Assembly: GCA_963701735.1 (NCBI GenBank)
Contig: CAVPBI010000013.1
Coordinates: forward strand, 141,323-205,322
Length of the DNA stretch: 64,000 nt
Reading direction: 5' to 3'
DNA from: an uncultured Ignavibacteria bacterium
GTDB taxonomy: Bacteria > Bacteroidota > Ignavibacteria > UBA10030 > UBA6906
Below the pieces are notes generated by a model. It made no database searches. It was not told the origin of the DNA and saw only the letters and a program-made list of their open reading frames with translations. Shown one piece after another: positions 22,845 through 33,299 of this stretch (position 1 is the stretch's first letter; every line of letters begins with the position of its first letter). Both the position numbers and the translations under genes were made by a program.

Positions 22845-22926
22845 AGGATCACCTGAGTACGGCGGTGGGGTAAATCCGGTGAAAGATCGAGTCAACGGAT
22901 GAGGTGAGTCTCGAAACGCTTCTCTA

Positions 22927-22954
22927 AGATACGCCGATTTTCGAGAATGTCAAC
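22927..22954 (-). promoter_or_regulatory. sigma70-type promoter (TTGACA-N16-TATCTT) in AT-rich spacer upstream of the LacI gene
   Basis: Minus-strand reading: TTGACAttctcgaaaatcggcgTATCTT inside a ~120-bp ~40% GC island (22920-23040) in an otherwise ~68% GC contig. Confidence 0.5.
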
Positions 22955-23101
22955 AAGAAAAAACACAAAATGGGATCTAATAGGGGGGATTTGTATGTCG
23001 AAGCGTTTTTACAATTTTCATGCCAACTGAGATGCTCGGAGCCGGCCGCGGGCGTGAGGTTTGGGAGCCTCGCCCGCTCCGGGAGTGGCAGGGCGAGAGC
23101 C

Positions 23102-23851
23102 TCACTGCCTCCCTTCAACATCGAGAATTGCGGTCTTTCGCTTCAGCGTCCGCAGCACAAGCCAGATCGCGAAGCTGACCCCGAGCAGGATCAACCAGCC
23201 GGTCTCAAACATCAATCTCCCCTCGACTGCGAGATCGCCCCGGACTTCGAGCATGAAGAACGTCACGATCATGGCAAAGAAACCGTTGTACTCACGCCGA
23301 AGGACGTTGCGGAACGAGAAAGGAAGGCCTGGCGGCCTCCATAACTTCACGTTCGGGATGAATGGAGGGGTTTTCTCCGCCCACGCGTCATATTGCTCAC
23401 CGAACTTCCCCCGCAGGAACTGCTCTTCGGCATACATGATCCGCTCGTAGTACAGCCAGAACGCCAGGACGTAGATCACCGTCAGCCACCACAGGTGCGG
23501 AAAGAGAGAAAGCCCCAACCACATGATGAAGTTGCCGAGATACAGCGGATGCCTCACGATCGAGTAGATCCCCGTGGTATTGAGCACCTCCGCCATCTGC
23601 CCCGCCGTGTTCCTGCCCGACGTCCCTCGCGGAGCGTACCCGATAGTGAATGCCCGAACAACAAGGCCAACCGAACTTACCAGGACACAGAAAACCTCCC
23701 ACATGATATCCAGGGTCATGCTGTTCCCCAGATAGTTGAACTCTTCCATCACAACGAGCACCAGGACGAGAAGTACCAGCGGCAAATAGCTTCTCCATCG
23801 GAAAAGCCAGTTTCCTTCGCTTTCGAATTCTTCCCGTAGAGCCACGAGCAT
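23102..23851 (-). CDS. ICMT/PEMT-family membrane methyltransferase
   Basis: 249 aa multi-TM; signature …GIYSIVRHPLYLGNF… and C-terminal …ERIMYAEEQFLRGKFGEQYDAW…. Confidence 0.7.
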   Translation of the reverse strand: MLVALREEFESEGNWLFRWRSYLPLVLLVLVLVVMEEFNYLGNSMTLDIMWEVFCVLVSSVGLVVRAFTIGYAPRGTSGRNTAGQMAEVLNTTGIYSIVRHPLYLGNFIMWLGLSLFPHLWWLTVIYVLAFWLYYERIMYAEEQFLRGKFGEQYDAWAEKTPPFIPNVKLWRPPGLPFSFRNVLRREYNGFFAMIVTFFMLEVRGDLAVEGRLMFETGWLILLGVSFAIWLVLRTLKRKTAILDVEGRQ

Positions 23852-23896
23852 TGTCCTTCCTCCTTACTCGGTGACTGAAGCGATTCGATCCGGTCG

Positions 23897-25545
23897 TCAT
23901 ATGTAAAACTTCTCGGCCGCCCAGATCGCCTGGAAGCTCGTCTTCATACCTTTGCACAGGAAGATCTGCCGGCCGACCTCAAACGGCATCGCGTACTTCG
24001 AGTCGGTGGTCCCGACCAGCGTCACCTCGTCGAACGCGCCCCGGAGATCATCCAGGTTCTCTGCAAGGGTCCGATGCGCTCCCACGACGATGGACACCGC
24101 ACCCGTGCGCGTCCCGGGCCCCCACAGCCAGTAGCTGTTGTGGGCGCAAAGAGCGTTTGGCAGGGCATACTTCTTCCCGAAGAAATCGACTGCCCCTGCC
24201 TCGCCATAATTCCTCACATAGATCACGCACTTCGACTGTTCGTCCAGCGTCAACGTCCTGTATGCTCCGTCAATCAAGGCAACGAACTCCTCCCACCCGA
24301 ACTGATCGGCATAGGACTGCGGGAGCGCCCCGACGCGGTTGGTCTCCTCGGCTTTGGGCTTCATGCCGAGCCGGTCCTGATACGCTATGAACGCGTCCAC
24401 CGGCAGACACGGGAAGGGCAAACGGAAGAGCGATCAGTCCGATCGCCACGAGTACACCTGCATATGCAGGCCGCACCCACTTTACGATCTGCGGCTTCAG
24501 CAGCCGCTCGAGGCAGACGGCCCCTCCGGCAAACAGCACCGGATAGACCGGCGACAAATAGTATACTTTGGCTTTGGTGACGACCATCAGGATTACGAGG
24601 CTGCAGTAGATCCATCCAAACGGCCGGTATTGCCTGGCTTCGGGACGAGCCAGGAAGAAGTACACGCCAAGCAGCCACAATGGCGCGGCTGCGGGGTTCA
24701 GGAACTGAACCTGCCCACCCATGAACTCCAGAGCGCCCATGTCGACATTCTTGTACGTGCTTGCGTTTCGCATGAACTCGAGGCTCGGGAAACCGTGTGC
24801 GGCCTGCCACAGCACGTGCGGAAGGAAGAGAACCGTGGCCACGATCACGCCGAGCCAGAACCATGCACTCAGGAGGTTCTTCCGGTGCGGGGTCAGCACG
24901 AGGCCGACGACGAGCGCAATGCACAGGAATCCGATGGAGTATTTGTTGAGCAGGCCAAGCCCGATGATTCCGCCGAAGAGGAGCCAGAGCCGGGGCGACT
25001 CCCCGGAAAAAATGAGTAGGAGGATGTAGAGGGCGAGCGCCCAGAACAGCACATCGAAGGGGTTCATCGAGAAATAGCGGCCATGCCCCAGAAGCACGGG
25101 AGCCACAACCACGGCCAGCGACGCTAATACCTGGGTGGCGCGGGATCCTCCGAGCCGCCTCGCCATCAGCGCAGCAAGAATCACCACGGCTGCCTCCGGC
25201 AAGCGACGGCAACAGACGAATCGCCTGCAGCGAGTCTCCGAGAAGCGCCCGACTCGCCCAGAGCAGCGCGATCGAGAGCGGGGGATGGTCCACATACCCC
25301 CAGTCGAGGTGGTCGCTGCACGCTATATAATAGAGCTCGTCACGGAAGTACCCGTAGCGATCGTGGAACGCCACCTGGAGGACGAACTGAACCAGCGCAA
25401 GAAGAGCCGGGATGGCAAGGTCGGGCCATGTTTCGCCGGCGGTCGAGACCCTGTGAACGGAGGGGAAGAGTTGGAATGAGTAACATGGGCGGATCCCGAC
25501 CCTGAAAGATGTGCCAAAGATCGGATTTCCCCACCCCGGATGCAA
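23897..25545 (-). CDS. GT39/GT83 (ArnT/PMT-like) membrane glycosyltransferase; two frameshifts (~24390-24420, ~25290-25320); start uncertain
   Basis: N-terminal piece with …YGYFRDELYYIACSDHLDWGYVDHPPL… (DE motif of ArnT/PMT family) in ORF 24385-25545, multi-TM middle in 24270-25295, C-terminal soluble domain in 23897-24421; junctions flanked by junk translation. Confidence 0.65.
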
Positions 25546-25638
25546 CCGTCAAACACCGCCACACACGCAGCCCCGCGGAGCACACGGAGGCTCCATGGAG
25601 CTGCGCCTCTGCTTCGGGAGCCTGCCGCCGTCGGGGCC

Positions 25639-26070
25639 CTACCGCCCCCTGATATACCGCTCCAGGTGGCCGATCGAGTCCTGCTGGTCTTCAAGCAGGG
25701 CTTTCACCACATCCCCGATCGAGACGACTCCTTCCAGTTTCCCGCCCTCCACGACGGGCAGGTGGCGGACCTGACGGGCCGTCATCAACTCCATGCAGCG
25801 CGGAACCTCGGTCGCACGGTCAATCACGACCGGATCGGACGTCATGATCTCGCGCACCGGTGTGTCCTTCGAAACCTTCCCTTTCAGGACGACCTTCCTC
25901 GCGTAGTCCCGCTCGGAAAAAATTCCGACAAGCCTGCCGCCTTCCACGACCATCAGGGCGCCGACATTGTGCTCGGCGAGAAGTGACAGCGCTTCAAACA
26001 CGCTGGCCTGAGGGGCGACAGAATACACGTGGGCCCCTTTTTGAGCTAGGATGTCTCCGGCACTGGCCAT
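25639..26070 (-). CDS. CBS-domain pair protein
   Basis: 143 aa, two CBS repeats (…VGALMVVEGGRLVGIFSERD…/…RHLPVVEGGKLEGVVSIGDVV…). Confidence 0.9.
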   Translation of the reverse strand: MASAGDILAQKGAHVYSVAPQASVFEALSLLAEHNVGALMVVEGGRLVGIFSERDYARKVVLKGKVSKDTPVREIMTSDPVVIDRATEVPRCMELMTARQVRHLPVVEGGKLEGVVSIGDVVKALLEDQQDSIGHLERYIRGR

Positions 26071-26189
26071 GGAGCAACTCCCGTGAAAAAGGATGGTGTC
26101 GATTCAGAATGGATGACGCAACTTCACCGGCGATGCCCCATTGCGCGGCAGTCCTGGGATGGGGAAATGAACAGCGGCGGATACGCGCG

Positions 26190-26288
26190 TCGTGTCCGCC
26201 CCGACAATATGAGCCACAGGGGAGATAAACAGAAGGCTGACACGATTGTCGTGTCCGCCCCGACAATATGGGCCACCGGGGAGATAAT
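26190..26288. repeat. imperfect ~40-bp direct repeat pair in intergenic region
   Basis: tcgtgtccgccccgacaatatgagccacaggggagataaa … 17-nt spacer … tgtcgtgtccgccccgacaatatgggccaccggggagataat; lies between CBS gene start (26070) and the T9SS gene end (26364). Confidence 0.7.
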
Positions 26289-26363
26289 GTCAAGCGGCCC
26301 TGAGAGCACCACCGCGCATGGCCGGAGCCCTCAGGGCCGCCCTTCTCACCGGACGGGAAGCTC

Positions 26364-27287
26364 TCAGCGCGTCAAGACCGCCCGTATGATCGCGACATCG
26401 TTCCCGGCACGCAGCCGGATAAGGTACACGCCGCTCGCCAGCCCGGCCGCATTGAAGTACGCCGTGTGCGCGCCCGCCGCAAGTGTTGCATCAACGACGG
26501 TTGCGAGTTCCTCCCCGAGGATATTATGCACCGTCAGCCGGACGGAACCGGGCCCGGGCACGCTGAACCTGATCGTGTCGTCCCTGGGTTAAACGGATTG
26601 GGATACGCCCCAAGGAGCTGGAACCGGGAAGGAGGAAGACTGCCGACCGAAACATCTGTGACCGAACTGACCAGGATCGTTCCGTACGTCAGGCCGTCCT
26701 CGCCGACAAAGACCCCTCCCGATGATTCCGTGCCATAACCGGACGCGGAAACAGTCACTGCATAACTCCCCGACGGCACGAGCGAGCCGTAGCGACCCTG
26801 AGACCCCCGTGACGACATTCCATTCCTGGGCACCCGACACAAGCCTGACCTCGGCCCCGGCCAGCGGAGTCAACACACCGGAGACTCTGTCCCTCCCGAG
26901 CACCTGGCCGCTCACCTCGGTCGAGTCGCCCCCGCCGCCTCCGCCGCCTCCCGACGAAGCCGTGTCAGGCTCCAGGACGATGTCGAACGTGTAGCTGCCG
27001 ACGCCGATAGCGTCGTACCGGAAATAGTACGGCTTGTACCCGGGCTTCCCCGCCATGACGACATAGATCTCGTTCCCCGTCACGATATCAGCGATAGCGT
27101 ACTCTCCGCTCGCCCCTGACGTGTCAGGGTAGGCAATCGAATCCGGCAGGAGTACATGGAGCGTGACAAGCGCATCGGCGATCGGCTGCGACGTCGACCG
27201 GTCTACAACCGTTCCGCTGAGCGAACCCGCCAGCATCAGGCATGGCACCATCACCAGCACCGCAAGTACCGCCAGTACGTTCTTCAT
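26364..27287 (-). CDS. secreted protein with two carboxypeptidase-regulatory-like domains and T9SS C-terminal sorting domain; two frameshifts
   Basis: MKNVLAVLAVLVMVPCLMLAGS signal; …GTVVDRSTSQPIADALVTL… and …VSGQVLGRDRVSGVLTPLAGAEVRLVSG… (ORF 26589-27350) -> …YAVTVSASGYGTESSGGVFV…YPNPFNPGTT (26534-26842) -> …LTVHNILGEELATVVDATL…GVYLIRLRAGNDVAIIRAVLTR (26364-26561). Confidence 0.65.
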
Positions 27288-27382
27288 ATCTCCCTCTCCC
27301 TCAGGGTCGCCGGGAATGCGGCCGGACAGACTCTGGCGTTGGTTGAACATCCGTGACTATGGTGTACGCTCGTCCTTCTTCC

Positions 27383-29209
27383 TTATGGCGTCAGCGTCAG
27401 GCCGATCCACCACTGCAGGTCCTGGAATTCGGTGCCTTCGTACGTCTCGTGATACGTGGGAACCACAAGCAGCCGGACGCCGAATGCTTTCGCGACATTG
27501 ACCGTCAGCCCGGCCAGGAACGTGGTCTGAACATCCGTTGTCGTCTCCGTTGGCGCCGTGTACCGCTCGCCGAAGTTCTCCTGACGCGTCTCGCCTTCGT
27601 TGGTGGTGATCACGCGATACCGGAACCTCGCCAGCGTGACGTCATCGGCTTCCCACTGGGTCATGACCCTGTTGAGCCCGAGCAGGATGCCCACCACCTC
27701 CGACGCCCTAATATTCACGAACACGGGAATTGAGAAGTTGGTTCGCTTCGCCGTGAACGTCCAGTCCAGATCTTTCGACTCCTGCTGCCCGTACCGCGAA
27801 TCCCACGTGCCGGTGGTCGACCAGTACCGCGAGTGGCTGTCCATCAGGACGGATTCGGTCGTCTTCGTCTCGGCACGCTGCCACTCGACGATCGCGCCAA
27901 TCGACAGGCGCACCGCCGGGCTGATCGTCCACTGCAGCGACCCCGTGACGCGGTCCAGATCGTTCAGCTGTGACCCGCCGCCATACCGGTTGTCGTTGAG
28001 GTACGATTCCGAATAGCTGGTGACCGGAACGGTGTTCTCGGTCCACACGTACCTGCTGTAGCTCGTATCCCGGATCGCGCTGCCCAGCCCGATGTCGACG
28101 GTGGCGCGCTCACGCCGGTAGAGAAGCGTCACCACGGTCGCCGGGGTCGGACGGACGGTGAGGTCGATGCCGCCGTACGTCGTGTGCCCATCGTGGTTCC
28201 AGTCGTTTCCGTTGTCGGCTGACCGGAAATAGTAGCTGCTTCCGCCCGTATACGCATTGTCATAGTACGACGAGTCATCGCGCACGAGGTTCTGTGTCAC
28301 GTTGCCCCAGAGATATCCGAACGTGGCGCCCACCGTAAGCTGGTCAGTCAGGCGGTATTGCGCGCCCCCGGCGATGTCCCAATGCCCGTAGTCCTGTTCG
28401 CGCGCCTCGAGGTTCGACCAGAGCGACGTGCCGGTGCCGTAGTAGGAATTCTGCCAGAGATTCGACGACCCGTACGAGCCTTCCCGCGCGAACGTCACCC
28501 GGCTCACCTTGCCGCCGAGATCGAGTCCGAACGGCAAGGCGTACCGGACGAACCCCGTCAGGAAATGCCCCGTCTGGCTGATGTTGTCCGAGCCGCTGTA
28601 CTTGTCGACGGTCGGCAGGGTGCTCTCCGCAGCCGACCGCGCGCCATTGTAGTCGTACCCGAGCGTCGACTTGTAGATGTCCTGCGGTATCCCGTAGTAC
28701 TTGTCGTCCTGAAGCACGAGCTGATAGGTGAGCCCGGTAATCAGACCGTGGATCGACTCGGGTGCGGGGCGAACCATGAGCGCCCCGGAGAAAACCGGCT
28801 CGAGTTCTTTCCTCGCGGGCGAGAAGTAGAAGGGGTAATACGCCATGTCGGCCCTCGCCGGCGCATCAGCGTAGTTCGCCCGCTCGGCCGCATAGATCCA
28901 GGGCGGGTAGTACCCCTCGTCCTGTACTTCCTGCGAGGAGCGGAAGTCGGTATACAGGTAGGTGGATTTCAGCGAATCGAGATCGAGGCGCGCAGGGTTC
29001 ACGATGAAGTCGAGCAACGGGTCGGTGAGGAGGCCCGGGGTCGTCTTCGAGAACGATCCGATGCCGTACGGGTTCACGTACGACGGGGTGAAGAAGAAAT
29101 TGGTCTGCTCGAACGATTTCTCCAGCACGCGCTCACCCCAGTACTGGGCTGCAGCCTCTGTCATCGAGAGTGCGAGGAGAAGCGAAACGATCACGACTCT
29201 GGTTGCCAT
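27383..29209 (-). CDS. outer-membrane beta-barrel protein, function unknown
   Basis: 609 aa from MATRVVIVSLLLALSMTEAAAQ; alternating hydrophobic/aromatic strands, Tyr/Gly/Ser-rich. Confidence 0.5.
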   Translation of the reverse strand: MATRVVIVSLLLALSMTEAAAQYWGERVLEKSFEQTNFFFTPSYVNPYGIGSFSKTTPGLLTDPLLDFIVNPARLDLDSLKSTYLYTDFRSSQEVQDEGYYPPWIYAAERANYADAPARADMAYYPFYFSPARKELEPVFSGALMVRPAPESIHGLITGLTYQLVLQDDKYYGIPQDIYKSTLGYDYNGARSAAESTLPTVDKYSGSDNISQTGHFLTGFVRYALPFGLDLGGKVSRVTFAREGSYGSSNLWQNSYYGTGTSLWSNLEAREQDYGHWDIAGGAQYRLTDQLTVGATFGYLWGNVTQNLVRDDSSYYDNAYTGGSSYYFRSADNGNDWNHDGHTTYGGIDLTVRPTPATVVTLLYRRERATVDIGLGSAIRDTSYSRYVWTENTVPVTSYSESYLNDNRYGGGSQLNDLDRVTGSLQWTISPAVRLSIGAIVEWQRAETKTTESVLMDSHSRYWSTTGTWDSRYGQQESKDLDWTFTAKRTNFSIPVFVNIRASEVVGILLGLNRVMTQWEADDVTLARFRYRVITTNEGETRQENFGERYTAPTETTTDVQTTFLAGLTVNVAKAFGVRLLVVPTYHETYEGTEFQDLQWWIGLTLTP

Positions 29210-29297
29210 GGTGAAGCTCTCCACATTTTTGCAGGGTGTCATGAAAGGCCGTGCCTCAGAGACGACGGCGATCTACGGAGACGGCTGCGGACAGCGC

Positions 29298-29783
29298 TCA
29301 GCGCTTCCTCGAGGCGCTGAAGGTCCCCTGGTTCAGCACCCCCGGAAATCCGATGAACTCCCAGATCCCCGTGATGCTGTCCTCGACAATCGTTCCCAGC
29401 AGGACGACATTGTTGTCAACCATGTCCGGGTTCAGGCCCACGCCGAACACTGTCCCCTTTGCTCTCCCCACCAGCTTCCCCTGGCCAACCTGGGGGCCGA
29501 TCATCGGCGAAGGGTCGCCCACCGCATCCAGATTCCACGATCCCGTCACGTCGCCGGAATCATCAACCGCCACAACAACCTCCCCCCTGACAATCTCCCT
29601 CCCCGAGGAATCATACCCCGTGTAGAGATACGTCGCGTTGGTTCCTCTCGCGCCGGTCTCGCGGTCCGCGAGCCCGTCAAGCACTCCCGTCGACTCCGGG
29701 CCGCACCCCCAGGCTGCGACCACGAGGACCCCGGCGATCACAAGCAGGACAAGTCTTTTTACCACCATCTCCTTAGCCTCCAT
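29298..29783 (-). CDS. small lipoprotein, hypothetical
   Basis: 161 aa, …LVLLVIAGVLVVAAWGCG lipobox. Confidence 0.5.
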   Translation of the reverse strand: MEAKEMVVKRLVLLVIAGVLVVAAWGCGPESTGVLDGLADRETGARGTNATYLYTGYDSSGREIVRGEVVVAVDDSGDVTGSWNLDAVGDPSPMIGPQVGQGKLVGRAKGTVFGVGLNPDMVDNNVVLLGTIVEDSITGIWEFIGFPGVLNQGTFSASRKR

Positions 29784-29862
29784 GGTACTGCGTCATCGTC
29801 CGCCACCCGCCTACGTTTCACCGCCCCGTCAGGGCGGCCGTCACACTCGCTTTCCCCCCGGT

Positions 29863-32340
29863 TCAGAATCTCACGCTCAAGGCAATCGTCGGGAACAGCG
29901 GGAAGAAGTCCAGGTCCTCGAGCCGGGCTCTCCACGTGACGCCTGTCGGCCCCGTCCGCAGGTCGAGCGCAAAGGGGTCGACGAGTCCGTACGCGTTCAG
30001 CAGCTTGAGCGACGCCTGACACACGAACCTGTCGATCCTGAATGTCCGGAGGATCTCCACCTCGAGCCGCTGGAAGCCCGGGAGCCGGCCGCCGTTGACG
30101 TCCACGGCTGCGATGCCCTCAAATGATGGATCGGAGATACCCGGCCGCATCCCTTCAACCGTGTACCCTGCGTCGAGATTATCATCGGACGTCAGGACCG
30201 CCAGGGCGCCGATGCCCCATCCCTCGGCCGGCGCCCACATGAGAGCGGCCTGCACCTCATGCCTGCGGTCAAATTGCGACGCGAACCTCTCTCCCCCACG
30301 GATCTCGTCGTACTGCTCCTCCGCCCAGGCCAGCGTGTAGCTCATCGACCACCGGACATCTCCGATCTGTTTGCGCAGCCCCAGCTCCAATCCGTAGTTG
30401 TAGCCAGACCCCAGCCTGAGAACATCGGTCAACGTTGCGGGTTGTCCGTCCGACGAACTCTGATAGAAGCCGTGCTGGTTTCGTGTGACCCGGTAGAATG
30501 TCTCAGCCGAAAAGCCGTAGGAGCCCTCGCCCCAACCCGTCTGTATGCCGAGCGAGGCCTGCATCGCCGTGGAAGGCTTCACGGCATCGGTGGAGGGATA
30601 CCAGAAAATCGGGGGGTAGATCAGGAAGAACCCGCTGCTCCTGTACGGGTGCAGGTACTGGGAGATGGACGAGAAAGACGCATAGAGCGTGCTCCGGTCG
30701 CTGAGGCCGACGGCCAGCGAGAATCTGGGATCGATACCGGAGAACGAGCCGGTGGGCCCGGAGTAGCTGGTCGCGCGCACTCCCAGACCCGCGACCACAT
30801 CGGGCAGGATCGCCCACTGGTCCTGCAGATAGACTGCAAGCTCCCAGGTGTCGGCATCCGGGATCGGCATCGGCGCAATGAGCGTCGAGAACTTCTGGAT
30901 CGTGCCGCCGGCCTGTCGATAGGCAATTTCCAGCCCGCCGCGGATCGTGTGGCGATCGTCATAGAAGTGCTCCGCCTGGGCACGGACGCTGACGTCATCG
31001 ATGGAAAAGTCGGACGCCATGCGCCCCGCCTCCGGCCCGGCGGCAGCACCACTCAGGATATGTTCCAGGTCGAGACTGTAGCCAGTATACGCGGCGGACG
31101 CCGTCATGAAGAGTGACGGAGAAACGAGCCCGGCCCATCGTGCGGCAAACGCGTCGTTCCGCCAGGCGAAGTTGTTGCTCAGCTGGAGATCGGGCTCTAC
31201 GGTCATGCTGGTGTACGCGTCCCGCCCGGCGTAGCCGCTGACGGAAACCTGCTGGCTGCTTGAAATCCTGGCGCTGAGTTTTCCGATGAGCTCCGTAGTG
31301 CCCAGCGGGCTCGGCGTGCCGTATGACTCGAGGAACGGCACGGCGGGATCGGGATAGCCCCTGCGCCACGACATCAGGAACGTCGTCGGTCCGAGGGGTC
31401 CCTCCAGAGCGACATGCGATCCGAGCGACCCGGTTCCCGCGCCGCCCGAGAGGGCGTGCCGGGACCCGCTCCGCATCGAAAGATCCAGGAACCCCCCGAT
31501 CCTTCCGCCGTACGAGGGCGGGAGGCCGTTTCGATTGACATCCACCTCATTCAGGGCGTCTCCGTTGAATGTCGTGAGGACGCCTCCGAAATGGGTCGGG
31601 TTGTAGATCCTGACGCCGTCGAGCAGGTACTGGTTCTGGTCAGTCGGAGCCGCGCGCAGGAATGTCCCGCGCGCATACCCCTCCGCGGGCAGGAGCGCAG
31701 TCCTCTGTGCCTCCACCATGACTTCCTGCATGCGTATCTCGACAGGAACGAGGGTGATGTCCCGCCTCAGCGTCTCGCCGCCATCGACCGTCATGGTATC
31801 CCTGAAGGGCTGGTACCCTACCGCGCGAACTTCCATCGCATACGTTCCGGGAGGGATGCGGCGCAACGCATAATAGCCGTACTCGTTCAGCAGACACCAG
31901 CGCTTCACCGATTCGCGTTCCGCAGCCTGTCCGGACGCCAGGCTGACGCTCGCCGCGCCGATCGCCTCTCCCGTCCGCAGATCCGTGACGCTCCCGGAGA
32001 CCGAAGCGACGGCAGGCGGCGGCGCAACGGGCCGATTCATCAGCACGATCTGCTGTCCGGTCCTGACCCACGTCAGGGTACCGCCTCCCAGTACCTTGTC
32101 GAGCGCACCCTCGAGATCGCACCGGTCGCATTGGGCCGTGACGACTACGTCTGCGACGTCTGCGTCGAGATAAATCACCGACACCGCATACCATCGCATC
32201 AGCGAGTCGAGGGCGGAGCGGAGACTCGCCTCGTGGAGGTCGAATGAGCGCCGTGTCGCCCCATCCTGCGCACCCGCCACCGCACAGGCGGCGAGGGCTA
32301 CGAGGAGCGAGCTAGCGAAGCGTGTAGCCGCTCTGGTCAT
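29863..32340 (-). CDS. TonB-dependent receptor with N-terminal STN (FecA-type signalling) domain and carboxypeptidase-regulatory-like domain
   Basis: 825 aa intact; STN-like …SFDLHEASLRSALDSLMRWYAVSVIYLDADV…; CarbPepD …SVSGSVTDLRTGEAIGAASVSLA…PGTYAMEVRAVGYQPF; C-terminal …TIALSVRF. Confidence 0.85.
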   Translation of the reverse strand: MTRAATRFASSLLVALAACAVAGAQDGATRRSFDLHEASLRSALDSLMRWYAVSVIYLDADVADVVVTAQCDRCDLEGALDKVLGGGTLTWVRTGQQIVLMNRPVAPPPAVASVSGSVTDLRTGEAIGAASVSLASGQAAERESVKRWCLLNEYGYYALRRIPPGTYAMEVRAVGYQPFRDTMTVDGGETLRRDITLVPVEIRMQEVMVEAQRTALLPAEGYARGTFLRAAPTDQNQYLLDGVRIYNPTHFGGVLTTFNGDALNEVDVNRNGLPPSYGGRIGGFLDLSMRSGSRHALSGGAGTGSLGSHVALEGPLGPTTFLMSWRRGYPDPAVPFLESYGTPSPLGTTELIGKLSARISSSQQVSVSGYAGRDAYTSMTVEPDLQLSNNFAWRNDAFAARWAGLVSPSLFMTASAAYTGYSLDLEHILSGAAAGPEAGRMASDFSIDDVSVRAQAEHFYDDRHTIRGGLEIAYRQAGGTIQKFSTLIAPMPIPDADTWELAVYLQDQWAILPDVVAGLGVRATSYSGPTGSFSGIDPRFSLAVGLSDRSTLYASFSSISQYLHPYRSSGFFLIYPPIFWYPSTDAVKPSTAMQASLGIQTGWGEGSYGFSAETFYRVTRNQHGFYQSSSDGQPATLTDVLRLGSGYNYGLELGLRKQIGDVRWSMSYTLAWAEEQYDEIRGGERFASQFDRRHEVQAALMWAPAEGWGIGALAVLTSDDNLDAGYTVEGMRPGISDPSFEGIAAVDVNGGRLPGFQRLEVEILRTFRIDRFVCQASLKLLNAYGLVDPFALDLRTGPTGVTWRARLEDLDFFPLFPTIALSVRF

Positions 32341-33219
32341 GCGAAGATGTGGCTCCGGTCAAACGGGCGAGCGTGGCGACTGCAAGGTCTGCGTTCCTTG
32401 CGTCCAGGGCACCTGTGATCGTGATGTCGTCCGCATGCGGGACGTGCAGCGTGAGCGCAATATCGAAATGGTCCTCAAGCTCCCGGCAGGCCACCGACAG
32501 GGACGTCCGTTCGAACAGGAGCTGCCCGTGGATCCAACCGGGGTACGATGCGTGGCGCAGCTTCGTCGGCGGTTCGGGGACGCCCCGGGCATCGCAGCTC
32601 GTCAGCTCGCCCGCCGTAAGCCTCACGTTGCGCTGTTCACCGCGGACCCGCCGGCCACCCGAACGCTCCCTTCAACGACGGCAACCTCCATCCGTCCATC
32701 CCGGACACGCACGTTGAATTCGGTCCCGAGCACGGTCACCGTCCCGACGCTCGTGGCGACGACAAACGGAGCGCCGGTCTTCCGGACGCGGAAGAACGCT
32801 TCCCCGGTCAGGGAGACGCGGCGCTCGTCGCTCCCGTTCATTCCCTCGACGGTCAGCGCAGACGTGTGGTTGATCATGACCTCGGTTCCGTCGGCCAGAT
32901 CCAGGGTCGTTTGCTGGCCGCGCGCCGTCTCGTATGTGGTGCTTTCGGCAACGGGCGTGCGGAGCACCAGGCCGACGACGATGACGCCAGCAATGACCGC
33001 CAGCCCCACGGCCGGGCGGAGCACCCATGCGAACCGGGAGCGTGGGCGAGCGGCGACAGCCCCGCCGCGCCCGGCAAGTGCGGCATTCAGGATCCGCCAC
33101 TGTCTGTCCGTCTCGGGCTCCACCGATCTGAATCTCTGCGCGCTGGAATCCAGCGCCCCGTCGAATTCCCCCGATTCCACATCGCGGTTGCTACGTCCGA
33201 AGAGTCTCAATGCTCGCAT
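32312..33219 (-). CDS. FecR-family anti-sigma factor / transmembrane sensor; frameshift ~32620
   Basis: MRALRLFGRS… N-terminal anti-sigma region, TM (AVGLAVIAGVIVVGLVL), FecR domain …LADGTEVMINHTSALTV…VSLTGEAFFRV…VLGTEFNVRV… continuing in ORF 32312-32626. Confidence 0.75.
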
Positions 33220-33299
33220 GCCGATTCGTCCTCCTGCATATGTAACGTTTCTCCACCCCCCGACCCCCCAAGGCCAGGGGACGGCACGCCGGAGTCTCA

